Source: Octopus sinensis (lineage: Eukaryota). Taken from it: 64,000 nucleotides of DNA. Position 1 is the first letter of the stretch. The number at the start of each line of letters is the position of its first letter. The notes below the pieces were generated by a model. The model did not search any database. It was not told where the DNA came from and saw only the letters and a program-made list of their open reading frames with translations. The translations under genes and the position numbers were made by a program. The stretch covers positions 207,824,001 through 207,888,000 of the forward strand of contig NC_042998.1 in NCBI RefSeq assembly GCF_006345805.1, in the 5' to 3' direction. Below, in pieces: positions 25,266 to 38,760 of this stretch.

Positions 25266-25636
25266 ACGCGCTCTATTTCGTTAATCCTATATATTCCTCT
25301 ATAATCTTATCGGATTACATTTATGGTATCATGTATACTATCAAGAAATATGACATAAATACAATTATTATAATTTAGCACTTAATAATTTTAATCAAAC
25401 TTCTTCCTGCTTATACAAACTGATGAAATTAAGGCTAATTTTCAGAAGAGAAATATTTATTATATTAAAATAAGATTGAATAAACAAACCTCTCGCTTGT
25501 ATCTTTGCAATAAATATATGTTATTAGTTTTCGAAATGTTATCAACATAATCACAATGTGCATTATCGAAAATCTATCTCTGCAATTTACACCCTTTTGT
25601 GCCTCTTTTTTCTTTTTTCTTCATCATGATTCTTTC

Positions 25637-25687
<51 letters not shown>

Positions 25688-25854
25688 GTGTGTGGCGTTC
25701 CTTTACTTATTGCCTGCCTCCAAGCTTTATATTATTTGCGTTCATCATCCTCTTATGCATCTCTCAGTCACTCTCTCTCCCTCTCTATACGCGACTGGAG
25801 ACGTCAACCAACCAGCCAATCAACCAGCATTTATAGCGGCTATTATTATTATTA

Positions 25855-25907
<53 letters not shown>

Positions 25908-25908
<1 letters not shown>

Positions 25909-26595
25909 CATTGCCTTTGCAAAACTGCTAACGCTAGAGATGTACTACGGTGCCAGCTGTTCACTACCAGTGAACTAAGGTAACACCTCTTATTTTTCGA
26001 GTACCATCCAGACTATTCGAGCGGTTCCAAGCAATGCCGTTTCTAGCAAGTGCTCCACCGTATTTTCGGCCTATTTGTTCCATCATGTACTTCGCGAGAT
26101 TTTTGCTCACTGTTCTCAGGGCTCCGACTATTATTATTATTATTATTCTATGTTTGACTTTTGCTTTATGTTTGTACAAGTTGGCTCCAAGTCTCACCCA
26201 GAAACCTCAAGAGACAACAGGTGGAAGTTCACGTTGTTGTTATGCCTAGTCTGCCATATATTGGGGTTTTTTGGTGTTGTACTAGTGAATGTCTAATAAA
26301 TAAATTTTTAAAAAAAGTTTGTTTTAAACCTTGAGATTACATAGAAAGTATTTTGCGTAGGATATGAGCAGTTCCCATGAGCACTATCTTTTGAATTTCT
26401 GCCATTTTGGGGTTTCCTGGTATCTGAGTTAGGTAGCAATCAGCCCCTTTCGCTATCATTCCCAGGACACCTATGACAACAGGTATTGTTTTAGTCTTCA
26501 GGTTCCACATTTTGCTGATTTCTATTTCAAGATCTTTATATTTGCTCAGTTTTTGGTAGGTCTGACAGATACGTTTATAAACGTTTATATATACG

Positions 26596-26634
<39 letters not shown>

Positions 26635-27330
26635 CATTGCCTTTGCAAAACTGCTAACGCTAGAGATGTACTACGGTGCCAGCTGTTCACTACCAGTGAA
26701 CTAAGGTAACACCTCTTATTTTTCGAGTACCATCCAGACTATTCGAGCGGTTCCAAGCAATGCCGTTTCTAGCAAGTGCTCCACCGTATTTTCGGCCCTA
26801 TTTGTTCCATCATGTACTTCGCGAGATTTTTGCTCACTGTTCTCAGGGCTCCGACTATTATTATTATTATTATTCTATGTTTGACTTTTGCTTTATGTTT
26901 GTACAAGTTGGCTCCAAGTCTCACCCAGAAACCTCAAGAGACAACAGGTTGGAAGTTCACGTTGTTGTTATGCCTAGTCTGCCATATATTTGGGGTTTTT
27001 TTGGTGTTGTACTAGTGAATGTCTAATAAATAAATTTTTAAAAAAAGTTTGTTTTAAACCTTGAGATTACATAGAAAGTATTTTGCGTAGGATATGAGCA
27101 GTTCCCATGAGCACTATCTTTTGAATTTCTGCCATTTTGGGGTTTCCTGGTATCTGAGTTAGGTAGCAATCAGCCCCTTTCGCTATCATTCCCAGGACAC
27201 CTATGACAACAGGTATTGTTTTAGTCTTCAGGTTCCACATTTTGCTGATTTCTATTTCAAGATCTTTATATTTGCTCAGTTTTTGGTAGGTCTTGACAGA
27301 TACGTTTATAAACGTTTATATATACGTTTT
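25908..27330 (-). repeat. Tandem duplication (about 730 bp) of a chain of three R4/Dong-like 3' fragments, bounded by (TTA)n
   Basis: 25908-26600 matches 26634-27330; the offset drifts from 726 to 731 through single-base run extensions. Confidence 0.92.
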
Positions 27331-27624
27331 ATTATTATTATATTATTATTATTATTATTATTATTATATTATTATTATTATTATTAGGCTTTCTTCTTCC
27401 TTTAATTTTCTTTCCATTTCTTGCCGAGTGTCTTTCCGACACCTAGGGTGTAGAAACTTGCTGTATACATCGACAGGCCATTAAAATAAACCCGCCAGAT
27501 TGTCGTACATAGTTTTGTTAAAACAACCGGAACACAAGCCTGGGTATAGGATTTTATCATTTTAATCAACAGAACGCAGTAGTGTTGCCATTTGAGCAAT
27601 GTGCACATGGAAAGTTGCATCGTT

Positions 27625-28010
27625 ACTCCAGGATTTCCAGTCTCGCACCGACTCTAACTCTGGGATTACATTGCCTGCTGGTCCCTTTTACTTCATCTGT
27701 AGTTAGTTTGTAGCGGAGAGCTTGAAATTTTGCGTCATTGAACTGCATATTATTCTCATCAGCCCATTTGTAAATTGCGTTCAGGTTATTCTGCAGTCTT
27801 AGGATGTCAGTAGGGTCCTTGACTGCCTGCGATACTTTTGTATCATCGGCGTAGCTGGTGAGTGTGGCTGACTCTGTCCGAGAGAGCAAGCACAAACAGT
27901 AGTGGTCCCAGCACTGTTCCCTGGGGGACTCCGCTGAGGATTGGTGTCACTTCAGAGAGAGCACCATTTGCTGAGACAACCTGACTTCTGCCCTTCAGGC
28001 AGTCAGCAAA
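27625..28010 (-). pseudogene. CR1/L2-group reverse transcriptase fragment
   Basis: GRSQVV..NG..SE..PILSGVPQGTVLGPLLF and SYADDTK...LQNNLNAIYKWADENNMQFN..KF. Confidence 0.9.
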
Positions 28011-28118
28011 TTGAAAATTAAAAATTAATAATCACGAATAACAAAACGACAATAGTCAACCTGATGTACAGATGGAATGTATTAGCTTGATGGTCATTAA
28101 AAAGTGGTCATTAAAAAG

Positions 28119-28348
28119 GCGGCGAGTTGGCAGAAACGTTAGCACGCCGGGCGAAATGCGTAGCCGTATGTCATCTGCCGTTACGTTCTGAGTTCAAATT
28201 CCGCCGAGGTCGACTTTGCCTTTCATCCTTTCGGGGTCGATAAATTAAGTACCAGTTACGCACTGGGGTCGATATAATCGACTTAATCCCTTTGTTTGTC
28301 CTTGTTTGTCCCCTCTGTGTTTAGCCCCTTGTGGGTAGTAAAGAAATA
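28119..28348 (+). mobile_element. SINE family 2 monomer with 13-bp TSD
   Basis: GGTCATTAAAAAG at 28106-28118 and 28349-28361. Confidence 0.9.
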
Positions 28349-28379
28349 GGTCATTAAAAAGTGGTGAAAAGAGTAGGTG

Positions 28380-28412
28380 CCTAACGTTTCGAGCATAGCT
28401 TTTCGTCAGAAG
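28380..28412 (-). ncRNA. Hammerhead-like motif (CTGACGA core)
   Basis: CTT CTGACGA A AAGC tat GCTC GAAA CGT T AGG; stem I only 3 bp. Confidence 0.35.
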
Positions 28413-28635
28413 GAGGAGAAAGTAGTAATATATTTGTATGACCGAAATTGAGTTACCCCAAGACGTGAGTTGCTCCATGCATTTAGATAATCTAATAATT
28501 GAAGGGATTGACTAGCTGCGGGTTAGCAGCGTTTAAACGTAAATTGCATTTAAATGCCGTTTAGTCACCTCCCATCTCAGCCGAAACTACAATCATTCTC
28601 ACGTGACGTTCTTGTCCTCAAAATGTTTACCTTAC

Positions 28636-28688
28636 CGACGACCGTCTTTGAGGTATAACTGAAGACAGACCCGATGCATGCGAGAGAA
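28636..28688 (-). CDS. Weak candidate exon (53 nt)
   Basis: Acceptor GGTTTTGTCCCCCAG, donor TCG|GTAAGG; open when joined after the 34200-34331 candidate. Confidence 0.15.
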
Positions 28689-28820
28689 CTGGGGGACAAA
28701 ACCAGTCTCAGCTTAACCCGACGCCATTCACGACATGTGAAACTTAATGGAGTCAAACTTCAGTAAGATACTTAATAGGTATTGGACAGATGCACGCACG
28801 CACGTACGCATGCACACGCA

Positions 28821-28885
<65 letters not shown>

Positions 28886-28994
28886 ATGTATATGTGACTG
28901 TGTGCATATATGGAATTATTTTCATGAATGTAGATATATCTATGTTCCTATCTATGATATGCGTTTATATGTTTGTGTCTGTGTATATATATAC

Positions 28995-29051
<57 letters not shown>

Positions 29052-29076
29052 CATACCTACCTGTCAGTCTGTCTGG

Positions 29077-29142
<66 letters not shown>

Positions 29143-29209
29143 GTCTATATATATATATACACACACACATACACACATATATTTATATTTGTGTGTATGT
29201 ATATATATG

Positions 29210-29240
<31 letters not shown>

Positions 29241-31002
29241 ATAAATATGTGTGTATATATATATATGGATATATATATACACACACATACACACATATAT
29301 TTATGTTTGTGTGTATGTATTTATATGTATATATATATATATGTGTGTGTGTATAAATATGTGTGTATATATATATGGATATATATATATATATATATAT
29401 ATACATTTGCGTGTGTGTGTATGTATATATGCATTCATGCATGGATATGGAGTGAGAGAGAGAGAGAAGAGAAAGAAAGAGAGTGAGATAGAGAAAGAGA
29501 GAGAGAGAGAGTGAGGGGAGAAATGGGAGAGAGAGGAGAGAAAAAGTGATGAAGGGTTTGAACATTAGTGGCGAATGACTGAATCGATCATTATCAGGCA
29601 ACCAAATATATTCCGATGGAGAAGCTTCAGGGAAAAGATTTAGGAATATTTGGAAAACAAAATGTCCTAATTTCTTCAGAAGATAGTCTTCACATCATTT
29701 GCGTTTTGAAGAAACTAGTTTGTTTTAAGTTGGCAGCACGCCGTCAATTTTGGTATTGGAAGAATAATGGTAATCGAAGGCTTATATTACTCTGTTACCA
29801 GAGCGGATTTCTGGACGATAATTTGATAAAATGCCAGGTAGAATGCAATATGGAGGGTTTAGCGATTCAAACAAGGAAGATAGTAATTTAAAAAAATAAT
29901 GAAGCGAAGGACCAATGTTTTTTTTTTTTTTTTGCTTTTCAGAAGCCTTAAAGTGGGTGTGAGAAAAAGTAGTTATCGTCAGACCCTAGAACCGATTCAA
30001 GGGTTTATAACGCTGTAGAGTTAACTAAAAATACCTAGGGACAGGTGGAGGTTTTAAATGGTCAGCGCTTTAAAATCATTCAATGACTTAGAAACACTGT
30101 CTGCAAGGAAAAACAACAATTAAGTTCGAGCTAACCGATTTAATGTTGTGACCACTTTTTAATTACATGCTCAAATTTTCTAAAGAAACTAGATCCAGCA
30201 CTGAAAATTACAACATGTCGTGTTACGAATACGTTTATGTAAACAATGAGATCGAAGACAGAAAAATAGGTAATGGTGTATATACATATTTCAGGAGTTA
30301 TTGCTATTTCATCGGCGTCACACTAGCACGCCAGCACTAACCATCTACATTGCTTAAAAGGCCACCACGTTTAGTGGCGTGACACTACTGGACTGACCAA
30401 TTTCGTATATTAAACACACTCCTGGCAACTGGTGCGTACATATAAATTTCGTTGGCATTGTTAACATGGACGTATTCGAATACGAAACACCGATCGCTTT
30501 GTTTACATAAACTAGAAATGTTTCTGAGGAGAGAGGAAAAAGAAAATGTTTAGATTAGTAATATTTCAATTAATTTGATAAGTACAGGAGAGAATCCAGA
30601 GATATTTAATTCTTATTATGGCTTCATCTGCGAAGTATAGAAATCTATCACAGTCGGTGAAATAATGGTGGAAGAATTACTAGGTAAATATACAAGAAGT
30701 GCAGCGGGGAAGGTGTTTATAAGCCATTTCAGAATCACACAAAAACCGTTAGATTCACTTCAACATTTAAATTTAATTTGTCAAAATATTTTCGTCGCTT
30801 TGAGACCGCGACCTGTTCACTGACAAAACTTCGTGCTGCATCTGAGAAAGTAACAGTTAGTTCATGATATATATGTACGTATGTATGTGTCTGTGTGTAT
30901 GTATGTATGTATGTATGTATGTATGTATGTATGTATGTATGTATGTATGTATGTGTGTATGTATGTATGTATGTATGTACGTATGTATGTATGTGTTATG
31001 TC

Positions 31003-31405
31003 AGGTCACTTTCGAGTGCTACTGGTAACATGATACCCAGTACAACCTGTTGCATGGTCGGGCCGTCGGTGACTAAACCGGCAACCCCACCAAGCTTGCT
31101 TGGTGAGGAGGGTGTTTATTGGACACCTTTCAGGATGTAAAACAAAACCCGTCAAAGGGCGGAGGAACTCTTGAGAGTCAACAGCCATCCAATAAATGTG
31201 TAATTTTTCTTTTTCTTAAGGCTTAAGGCTGTATCATTCGCAGGGACATAGAAATAATGGAACTAAATACTCGATCGCGCGGTTAAATCATTGGGAGTGA
31301 AGGACTCCTAGCCTTTGTTAAAGCATCCTTCTAGGAGAAGGTAACTCAGGTAACTGGGATAACTCCGACATAAAACCTGCGGCTCAGTGGTTACCGACGA
31401 TGTTG
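31003..31405 (+). mobile_element. Probable RTE-type LINE 5'UTR fragment
   Basis: GC-richer block with AAACCGGCAACCCCACC...AAAGGGCGGAGGAAC and TAGGAGAAGGTAACTC, resembling RTE 5' ends from memory. Confidence 0.3.
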
Positions 31406-32044
31406 ACTTGTTCTTCTTTTCGGATTATGGCTGCTGTTGCTTAGTGAGTGGGATTGACTCAGTGCACAGCCTTTCTTCACTTTAAAAAAAATCTTCTTGC
31501 TCAGGCATTGCACGATAACAACATTGTTCATGATTGTTGATGGTGCTGTGAGTCTCAACTGAATGGCTGGCTGTAGCCTTAAAAAGCAAATAAAAGTCAC
31601 ATTCGATCACAGCACCAATAACAGTTAAGCTTTGTGCAATGGCCATACTCGATAACGAGGGGGCAGCCATCATGTATGTATGTATGTATGTATGTATGTA
31701 TGTATGTATGTATGTGTATGTATGTATGTATGTATGTATGTACGTACGTATGCATGTATGTATGTGCGTATGCATGTATGTATGTGTGTACATGTATGTG
31801 CGCATGCCTATACGCATGTATGTATGTACTTATGTACTTACGTATGTATATGAGTATTTAGGAGAGTGTGTAGACGTGTCTGTGTGAGTGTACATGTGTA
31901 TGTACATGTGAACGTATGTTTATGTAATGATATGTGTCAGTTCAAGTTGTATTCATGACTGTTACCTTGTTGAAGGTTGTATATATACACACATATGCAA
32001 GTACATCTCCATAAATACAAGAAGTGGTTGTCGTACAAAATTGA

Positions 32045-32490
32045 ATTGTTTAGAGAATACACAATTCAGGGGAATCGTTAACACGGCGGTTCCTCTTCTT
32101 TTCTCTTGGTTACAATCTTTGGTTCATAATCAAAGCATCTTTATTGCGTCTTTTCTGTAAATAATTCCATGATCGCTGCTCTGACCGACTTTCTCGTTTA
32201 GTAACCTATGACAAGACCTTTAAGCGTGCCATCTGCATCACTTTTCAAGTGCATCATTTGTCAGTTGAGTTGCCTGTTTACCATAGGACTGTCTATTTTA
32301 ATGGCTTCTTTCCTCGAACCGCTGCTTTCTGTAAACCACTACCATCGTCTTGTGTTTTCACCTGGTCTATGATATTCAGGCCTTTAAGTTTCTTGATAAT
32401 CTACATCTTTTGAATTTATTGCCCCCCCCCCAATTCCCCCCTCCTTTGTAGTCCCTTACGCTACAAAGGCTTCAAGGCTTGATGGGACAA
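32045..32490 (+). mobile_element. Decayed L2/Crack-like LINE 3' end
   Basis: LQSLVH...FHDRCS.RLSRLV...HHLSVELP...RT.YFNGFFPRTA...LPSS..; followed by a short 3'UTR. Confidence 0.65.
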
Positions 32491-32632
32491 AATCCTATAT
32501 ATATTAAAAAACAAACATTAAAATTTGATTGTGCTTCAATTTTTCGTCACCAATTATTGTATAATCTTAGACAATTGTAAGATTCCACACTGTGCACTCT
32601 AGGATTCTTTACATTATTATTTTGTCAAAATC

Positions 32633-33031
32633 AAGGCGGCGAGCTGGCAGAAATGTTAGCACGCCGGGCGAAATGCTTAGCGGTATTTCGCCTGCCTCTA
32701 CGTTCTGAGTTCAAATTCCGCCGAGGTCGACTTTGCCTTTCATCCTTTCGGGGTCGATTAAATCAAGTACCAGTTTTGCACTGGGGTCAATGTAATCGAC
32801 TTGATCCGTTTGTCTGTCCTTGTTTGTCCTCTCTATGTTTAGCCCATTGTGGGTAGTAAAGAAATAGGTATTTCGTCTGTCTTTACGTTCTGCGTTCAAA
32901 TTCCGCCGAAGTCGACTTTGCCTTTCATCCCTTCAAGATCAATAAATTAAGTACCAAGAACGTACTGGGGTCGATCTAATCGACTGGCCCCCTACCCCAA
33001 AATTTCAGGCCTTGTGCCTAGAGCAGAAATG
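32633..33031 (+). mobile_element. SINE family 2, dimeric, with 14-bp TSD
   Basis: ATTATTTTGTCAAA at 32616-32629 and 33032-33045. Confidence 0.9.
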
Positions 33032-33104
33032 ATTATTTTGTCAAATTCGGTGTATTTTATAAATCGTTGATGCGGTTATAAGATTGATAAACAAGAATGA
33101 GTAA

Positions 33105-33622
33105 TATGATTGATACATGTGAAAGAGTTATAAGATTGATAGATGTGAAAGAGTTATAAGATTGATACATGTGAAAGAGTTACAAGATTGATACATGTGA
33201 AAGAGTTATAAGATTGATACATGTGAAAGAGTTATAAGATTGATACATGTGAAAGAGTTACAAGATTGATACATGTGAAAGAGTTACAAGATTGATACAT
33301 GTTAAAGAGTTACAAGATTGATACATGTGAAAGAGTTATAAGATTGATACATGTGAAAGAGTTACAAGATTGATACATGTGAAAGAGTTATAAGATTGAT
33401 ACATGTGAAAGAGTTACAAGATTGATACATGTGAAAGAGTTACAAGATTGATACATGTGAAAGAGTTACAAGATTGATACATGTGAAAGAGTTATAAGAT
33501 TGATACATGTGAAAGAGTTATAAGATTGATACATGTGAAAGAATTACAAGATTGATGCATGTGAAAGAGTTATAAGATTGATACGCGTGAAAGACTTACA
33601 GGATTGATGCATGTGAAAGAGT
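33105..33622. repeat. 26-bp minisatellite GATTGATACATGTGAAAGAGTTA(T/C)AA, about 20 copies
   Basis: Direct inspection. Confidence 0.95.
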
Positions 33623-33623
33623 C

Positions 33624-33784
33624 GAATGCATACCCCACCCACATCATAATTATTTAATTTTTGTATTTTGTTTGCAAGATTCTTAATGTGAATTCGTGAG
33701 GTGAATGCATACCCCACCCACATCATAATTATTTAATTTTTGTATTTTGTTTGCAAGATTCTTAATGTGAATTCGTGAGGTGAA
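33624..33784. repeat. 79-bp direct duplication (2 copies)
   Basis: 33624-33702 equals 33703-33781. Confidence 0.95.
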
Positions 33785-34199
33785 CAATATTTTGTTGTAG
33801 CTCGGTTGGGTCAGGCAGAGAAACCCGGATTAGGGAGCGCACATCATTGATGATGTCACAAATAGCGACATTAGAACTTTGATAAACCTCACTGATTGAT
33901 TAACCGAATGATTAATCAGACAATCGATTAGTTAATTGGTTAAATAGTTTACCAATTGATAAATAAGTAACAAAGAAGTGAAATAACCTGCGCGTGTGTT
34001 TATTATTGGCAAAATGACTCCAATGCATTTTGCATTAAATATGGTAACAATGGCTTAATTTATAGAATATTCCAGAGCTCTGAGGCTCTGTTAAATCCAT
34101 CACCAGACTACCCACCCCCGTCTGAGAGTGATTGGAATAGGTTCTAGACAAAATAGAAGTCTTGTGTGTGTGTGATGGAATACTTCAATGTGGACTTAC

Positions 34200-34331
34200 C
34201 TTGTTGTACAGCTATCTGTGTGGAAAAACCATATCCAGATCCAATTTCAAGGCAGATGGACACACATCGAATACATTGATTTGAGGTTGATCCAGATCGA
34301 TCTGCCATCGATTTGTCAACAGCTGTGTCAA
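34200..34331 (-). CDS. Candidate exon, 132 nt, phase 1-1, product unknown
   Basis: Acceptor CTCTCTCCATTGCTACAG, consensus donor AAG|GTAAGT, open frame DTAVDKSMADRSGSTSNQCIRCVSICLEIGSGYGFSTQIAVQQ in non-repetitive-looking DNA. Confidence 0.3.
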
Positions 34332-34860
34332 CTGTAGCAATGGAGAGAGTCTAGCCGCAAGAATTCTAAGAAATACGATTGCTGTATTGATTTCAATGAT
34401 ATTTTCTGATACGATAAGATGATCGTTGGTGTACGTTGGGTAGAAAATGGCTTTTGCTCGGGATATTACATGGAAAATATGAAACAAATTACCAAAAAAA
34501 GCAGTATTAAGGTAATCTTGATCTCCAATTTAACACGGAAGTTGTGTTAGAACACAAAATTCTGTGTTATTTGTCACGAGAGGACATTTTCTGCTATGGC
34601 GGCTGTGGCAGACGATTATTGCCAGTCAACGATATAAACACGGGCGCTTTTATGCACCACGTGACCTTATGAGGGATCTTCTCAAGGGAAATAACCCAGT
34701 GTTAAGTTGAAAGGTCGAGATTACCTTTAGGTATTAATGTTGCGTATGTCGCTATTATCAGAAGGTTAATCACAACTTTTCACTTGTACTGTGACTGATA
34801 CACAAACATACGCAAACACACACCACATACATGCAGTGTTGAGCATGACCAAATGTATAT

Positions 34861-34934
<74 letters not shown>

Positions 34935-34937
<3 letters not shown>

Positions 34938-35884
34938 CAGAATGTTTGGTGCCAATCTGAGGACAATGCAGAGGATTCAGAAAGAGTTGGATGAGTCTAA
35001 CAGGGATTAGGAAGGTACAGCAGCTCGGAAAACTCACTCTGATTGTTCTGATAAGAAAAGGACTCTTAAATTTGTTGGTGAGATTCGAGCCATGATTGAC
35101 AACGATCCTGCCATATCAATCAGGTCCATCGCCTGGGACACGGGAGTGTCTGAATTTCTTATCAGGCAGGCAATGCATGAAGGCATTCGGTATCCCTCAT
35201 ACGAAATGAGAAAGGGCCAATTTTTATCCCCAGCTATCAACGACAAGTGGAAAGACCGCGCTACGAAGCTTTTGAACAAATTCAAGCATCCTCTCCAACC
35301 GAACATGATTCGGTTTTTCTCAGACGAGAAAAATTTCTGTCAGAATCAGATGGTGAACACACAGAACAACCGTTGGCTTGATGTGTCCCCAAGACATGTA
35401 CCGAGAGTGATAAAAAGCAAACATCCACTCAACACCATAGTGTTTGGAGTGATCACTTGTGATCACTGCACCATGCCACACAAACAGGAGAACCCAGTCA
35501 TGGTTGTCAAACCTGCGACATCATCACCCCTAACATCTGGCCACCTAACCCCCCGGACTGCCACCCCCTTGATTATTATTTGTGAGGCACAGTTGAATGA
35601 GAGACCAACAAAACTCCTTGTAACACCAAAGATGAACTGAAGCCAAGGATTATGGCAGCATTCACCAACTTAAACAAGGAGACCATCCAGAATAGTTGCA
35701 GGAGATTCCAAAGTCGTCTGAAGGCCATGGTTGAAGCCAATGGCGATTTTATCAAATAAATTTATTCTCTTTAGTATTCCAAGATATTTTTATGTAATTT
35801 TGGTGAATATATCTCTTAAAATGAGACGTCAGTGTTATTTTCATTTTTGCTTAATTTAGACGACAATTTATTCACCGCACACTG
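34935..35884 (+). mobile_element. maT (DD37D)-like Tc1/mariner element, 5'-truncated and internally deleted
   Basis: FFSDEKNF...NTQNNRW...VFGVIT; APCHT; WPPN.PDC.PLDY; ...VEANGDFIK*; terminal ...TTCACCGCACACTG followed by TA. Confidence 0.85.
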
Positions 35885-36339
35885 TATATACACATACATT
35901 TATAAAATATAAATCATATATACATGTATAATTAGATCGATATAAACATCTCACAACCACAACCACCACCACCACCACCACCACCACCACCACTAGCACC
36001 ATCACCATTATTATTATTATTGTCCAATAAAAGAAATTATCATATCTTGTGAACTAATTTATTTAGAATCGTTGATTGCTTTCTCCGATAGCATTCCTCT
36101 AATATTTATATATTTGTATAACCAGCTTCAATCATTCTGTCTCGAGATTAGAATTTGATATATCGGTGAACTGGTGTAAGTTAATCTTTCATGCGTTTGC
36201 TGCGCCGGTGAGTAATGTGGCTGGCCAGGTAGAGAGGAAGCAGGTGAGGCTGGCTTTGGAACGCGAAGCTTATACGGTACACTCTTCTCGGCTATATTTG
36301 AATGGATGAATAAATATACGTGTGGGTGGGTGTATGCTT

Positions 36340-36930
36340 ACAGGTGTGTGTGTGTGTATATGTGTATGCTTACAGGTGTGTGTATTCTTACAGGTGTGTG
36401 GTGTGTATGCTTACAGGTGTGTGTGTATGCTTACAGGTGTGTGTGTATGCTTATATGTGTGTGCGTGTATGCTTACAGGTGTGTGTGTATGCTTATATGT
36501 GTGTGTGTGTATGCTTACAGGTGTGTGTGTATGCTTACAGGTGTGTGTGTGTGTATGCTTACAGGTGTGTGTGTATGCTTATATGTGTGTGTGTATGCTT
36601 ACAGGTGTGTGTGTATGCTTACAGGTGTGTGTGTATGCTTACAGGTGTGTGTGTGTATGCTTACAGGTGTTTGTATGCTTACAGGTGTGTGTGTATGCTT
36701 ACAGGTGTGTGTGTGTATGCTTACAGGTGTGTGTGTGTATTCTTACAGGTGTGTGAGTATGCTTACATGTGTGTGTGTCTATGCTTACAGGTGTGTATGT
36801 ATCCATGCTTACATGTGTGTTTGTGTGTGTATGCTTACATGTGTGTGTCCTTACATGCATGTTTGTGTGTGTGTATGCATATTTACAGGTGTGTGCTTAT
36901 GCTCACATGATTGTTTGTGTGTGTGCTTAC
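36340..36930. repeat. (GT)n-ATGCTTACAG compound minisatellite
   Basis: Repeated GTGTGTGTATGCTTACAG units with variable GT number. Confidence 0.95.
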
Positions 36931-36999
36931 ACGCGTGTGTTTGTGTGTGTAGTAACAGTAGAAGAAAGTCCCGTCGTGTTTTTGTCATCTTTATTTTTT

Positions 37000-37415
37000 T
37001 TACCTTTTATGTTTTCGTCCATCTGACTCCGGCCATGCTGGGGCACCGCCTTGAAGAATTTGTAGTCGAAGGAATCGACTCCAAGTACTTATATTTTCCA
37101 AGCCTGGTGTTTATTCCATCGGTCTTTTTGCCGGGTCAAGTTACTGGGACGTAAACATAACCACACCGGTTGCCAAGCAGTGGGAGGGGACATACACGGA
37201 CACAAAGACACACACATACGCACAGGCGCAACCTCCCATCCCCCCCACACACATAGAGTACGGACTTCTTTCAGTTTCCGTTTACCAAATCCTTCCACAA
37301 AACTTCAGTTGGCCTGAAGCTATATCAGAAAACACTTGCCCACGTTGCCACACAGTGGGACTGAACCCAGAACCGTGTGGCTGGGAAGCAAACTTCTTGC
37401 CACACACCCACGCCT
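37000..37415 (-). mobile_element. SINE family 3, diverged
   Basis: GGCCATGCTGGGGCACCGCC...ACCAAATCC...GGGACTGAACCC. Confidence 0.8.
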
Positions 37416-37787
37416 GTGCCATGCTCACGTTTAGGGGACTTTCTCAAATTCTGCGATAATCAACCGATAACTTTTTACATTCCGATGTTTTTCCTTTCTT
37501 TCGGGTTTCTTTATGCCTTAGTGACCTCCTTTGCCTTTCATCCTTTCGTTGGGGGCTTGATTGATCCGAGTCTATAATAAAAGACACTTGCTCCAGGTGC
37601 CATGCAGTGGAACTGAACCCGGATCTATGTGGTTAGAAAACAAGCTATTTGCTTCTATCTATAGTTAAAAACTGAATTTTGCTTGATTCAAGCTTCGGAC
37701 AAAAGCTGTTTTTCTTTTTTCCATGATTACTATATTAGATGGGCTTCAATTTTGGGCGTGTTTGTGTGTATTGTTTTTAAAAGTTAC

Positions 37788-37821
<34 letters not shown>

Positions 37822-37834
37822 GCTTTTTTTTTCT

Positions 37835-38288
37835 TCTTTCAAATTTGCTTCCATTTCTTGCCGAGTGTCTTCCCGACTCCTAGGGCAAAGAAACACATAG
37901 TATACATTGGTAGGCCATTAAACCAAACTCAGTAGTTCGTTCATTTTTTTTTTTTTTTTAAAGTTAAATTAAAATACATGAGCAGCAACAGTTCTCACAT
38001 CGACAATGCTCTTCTCAATACGTGTGATGTACCAGTTAAGACAATCTTTTGCACTTCTTGCAGGGATGGTAAGCCAGGGATCATTCTCATATAATTTTCG
38101 GTTCCCTTCTTGATCATTCCTAGTGCTCCCACGATCACTGGTATTGTAACCGCCTTGAGATGCCACATTTTCTCAATTTCAATGAGTAGGTCTTTATATT
38201 TTCCGAGCTTGTCAAACTCTTTCGCTGAGATATTATGATCACAGGGGATGCTCATGTCGATCAATAAGCAAACTTTATTGTTTTGGTC

Positions 38289-38338
<50 letters not shown>

Positions 38339-38718
38339 TAGTTTTATTTTGATAGCGTGCTTTCACTTCACTACCGAGCGCAGCTCTGTGTGCCTTGGGT
38401 ATGTGCTATGATTTGTTGTGATGCTCTGATGGTTATTGTATGGAAAGTGTTCTGCGTAGAATGTGTGCAGTGCCTAGTAGTGCAATTTTCTGTATGTTAT
38501 ATGTGTTTGTAAGTCCTGGTGTTTTTGTTATGTATTTGTCTGAATATTTTTTTATCATGCCTAATGCACCTACTATGATAGAAATTGTTTGTTTTCAGAT
38601 TCCACATTTTGGTTACCTCTATTTCCAGGTCTTTGTATTTTGAAAGTTTCTCCATTTCTTTTAGAGACACGTTGTCATCTGCCGGTATTGATACATCAAT
38701 TAGAAAGCATTTTTTTTC

Positions 38719-38760
<42 letters not shown>

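Noticed and set aside
29600-29890. Tc1-like transposase remnant (DKMPGRMQ)
   Set aside because: A single weak motif, no TIR seen.
33105-33622. CRISPR-like regular repeat
   Set aside because: Head-to-tail units with no unique spacers, no cas genes, eukaryotic context.
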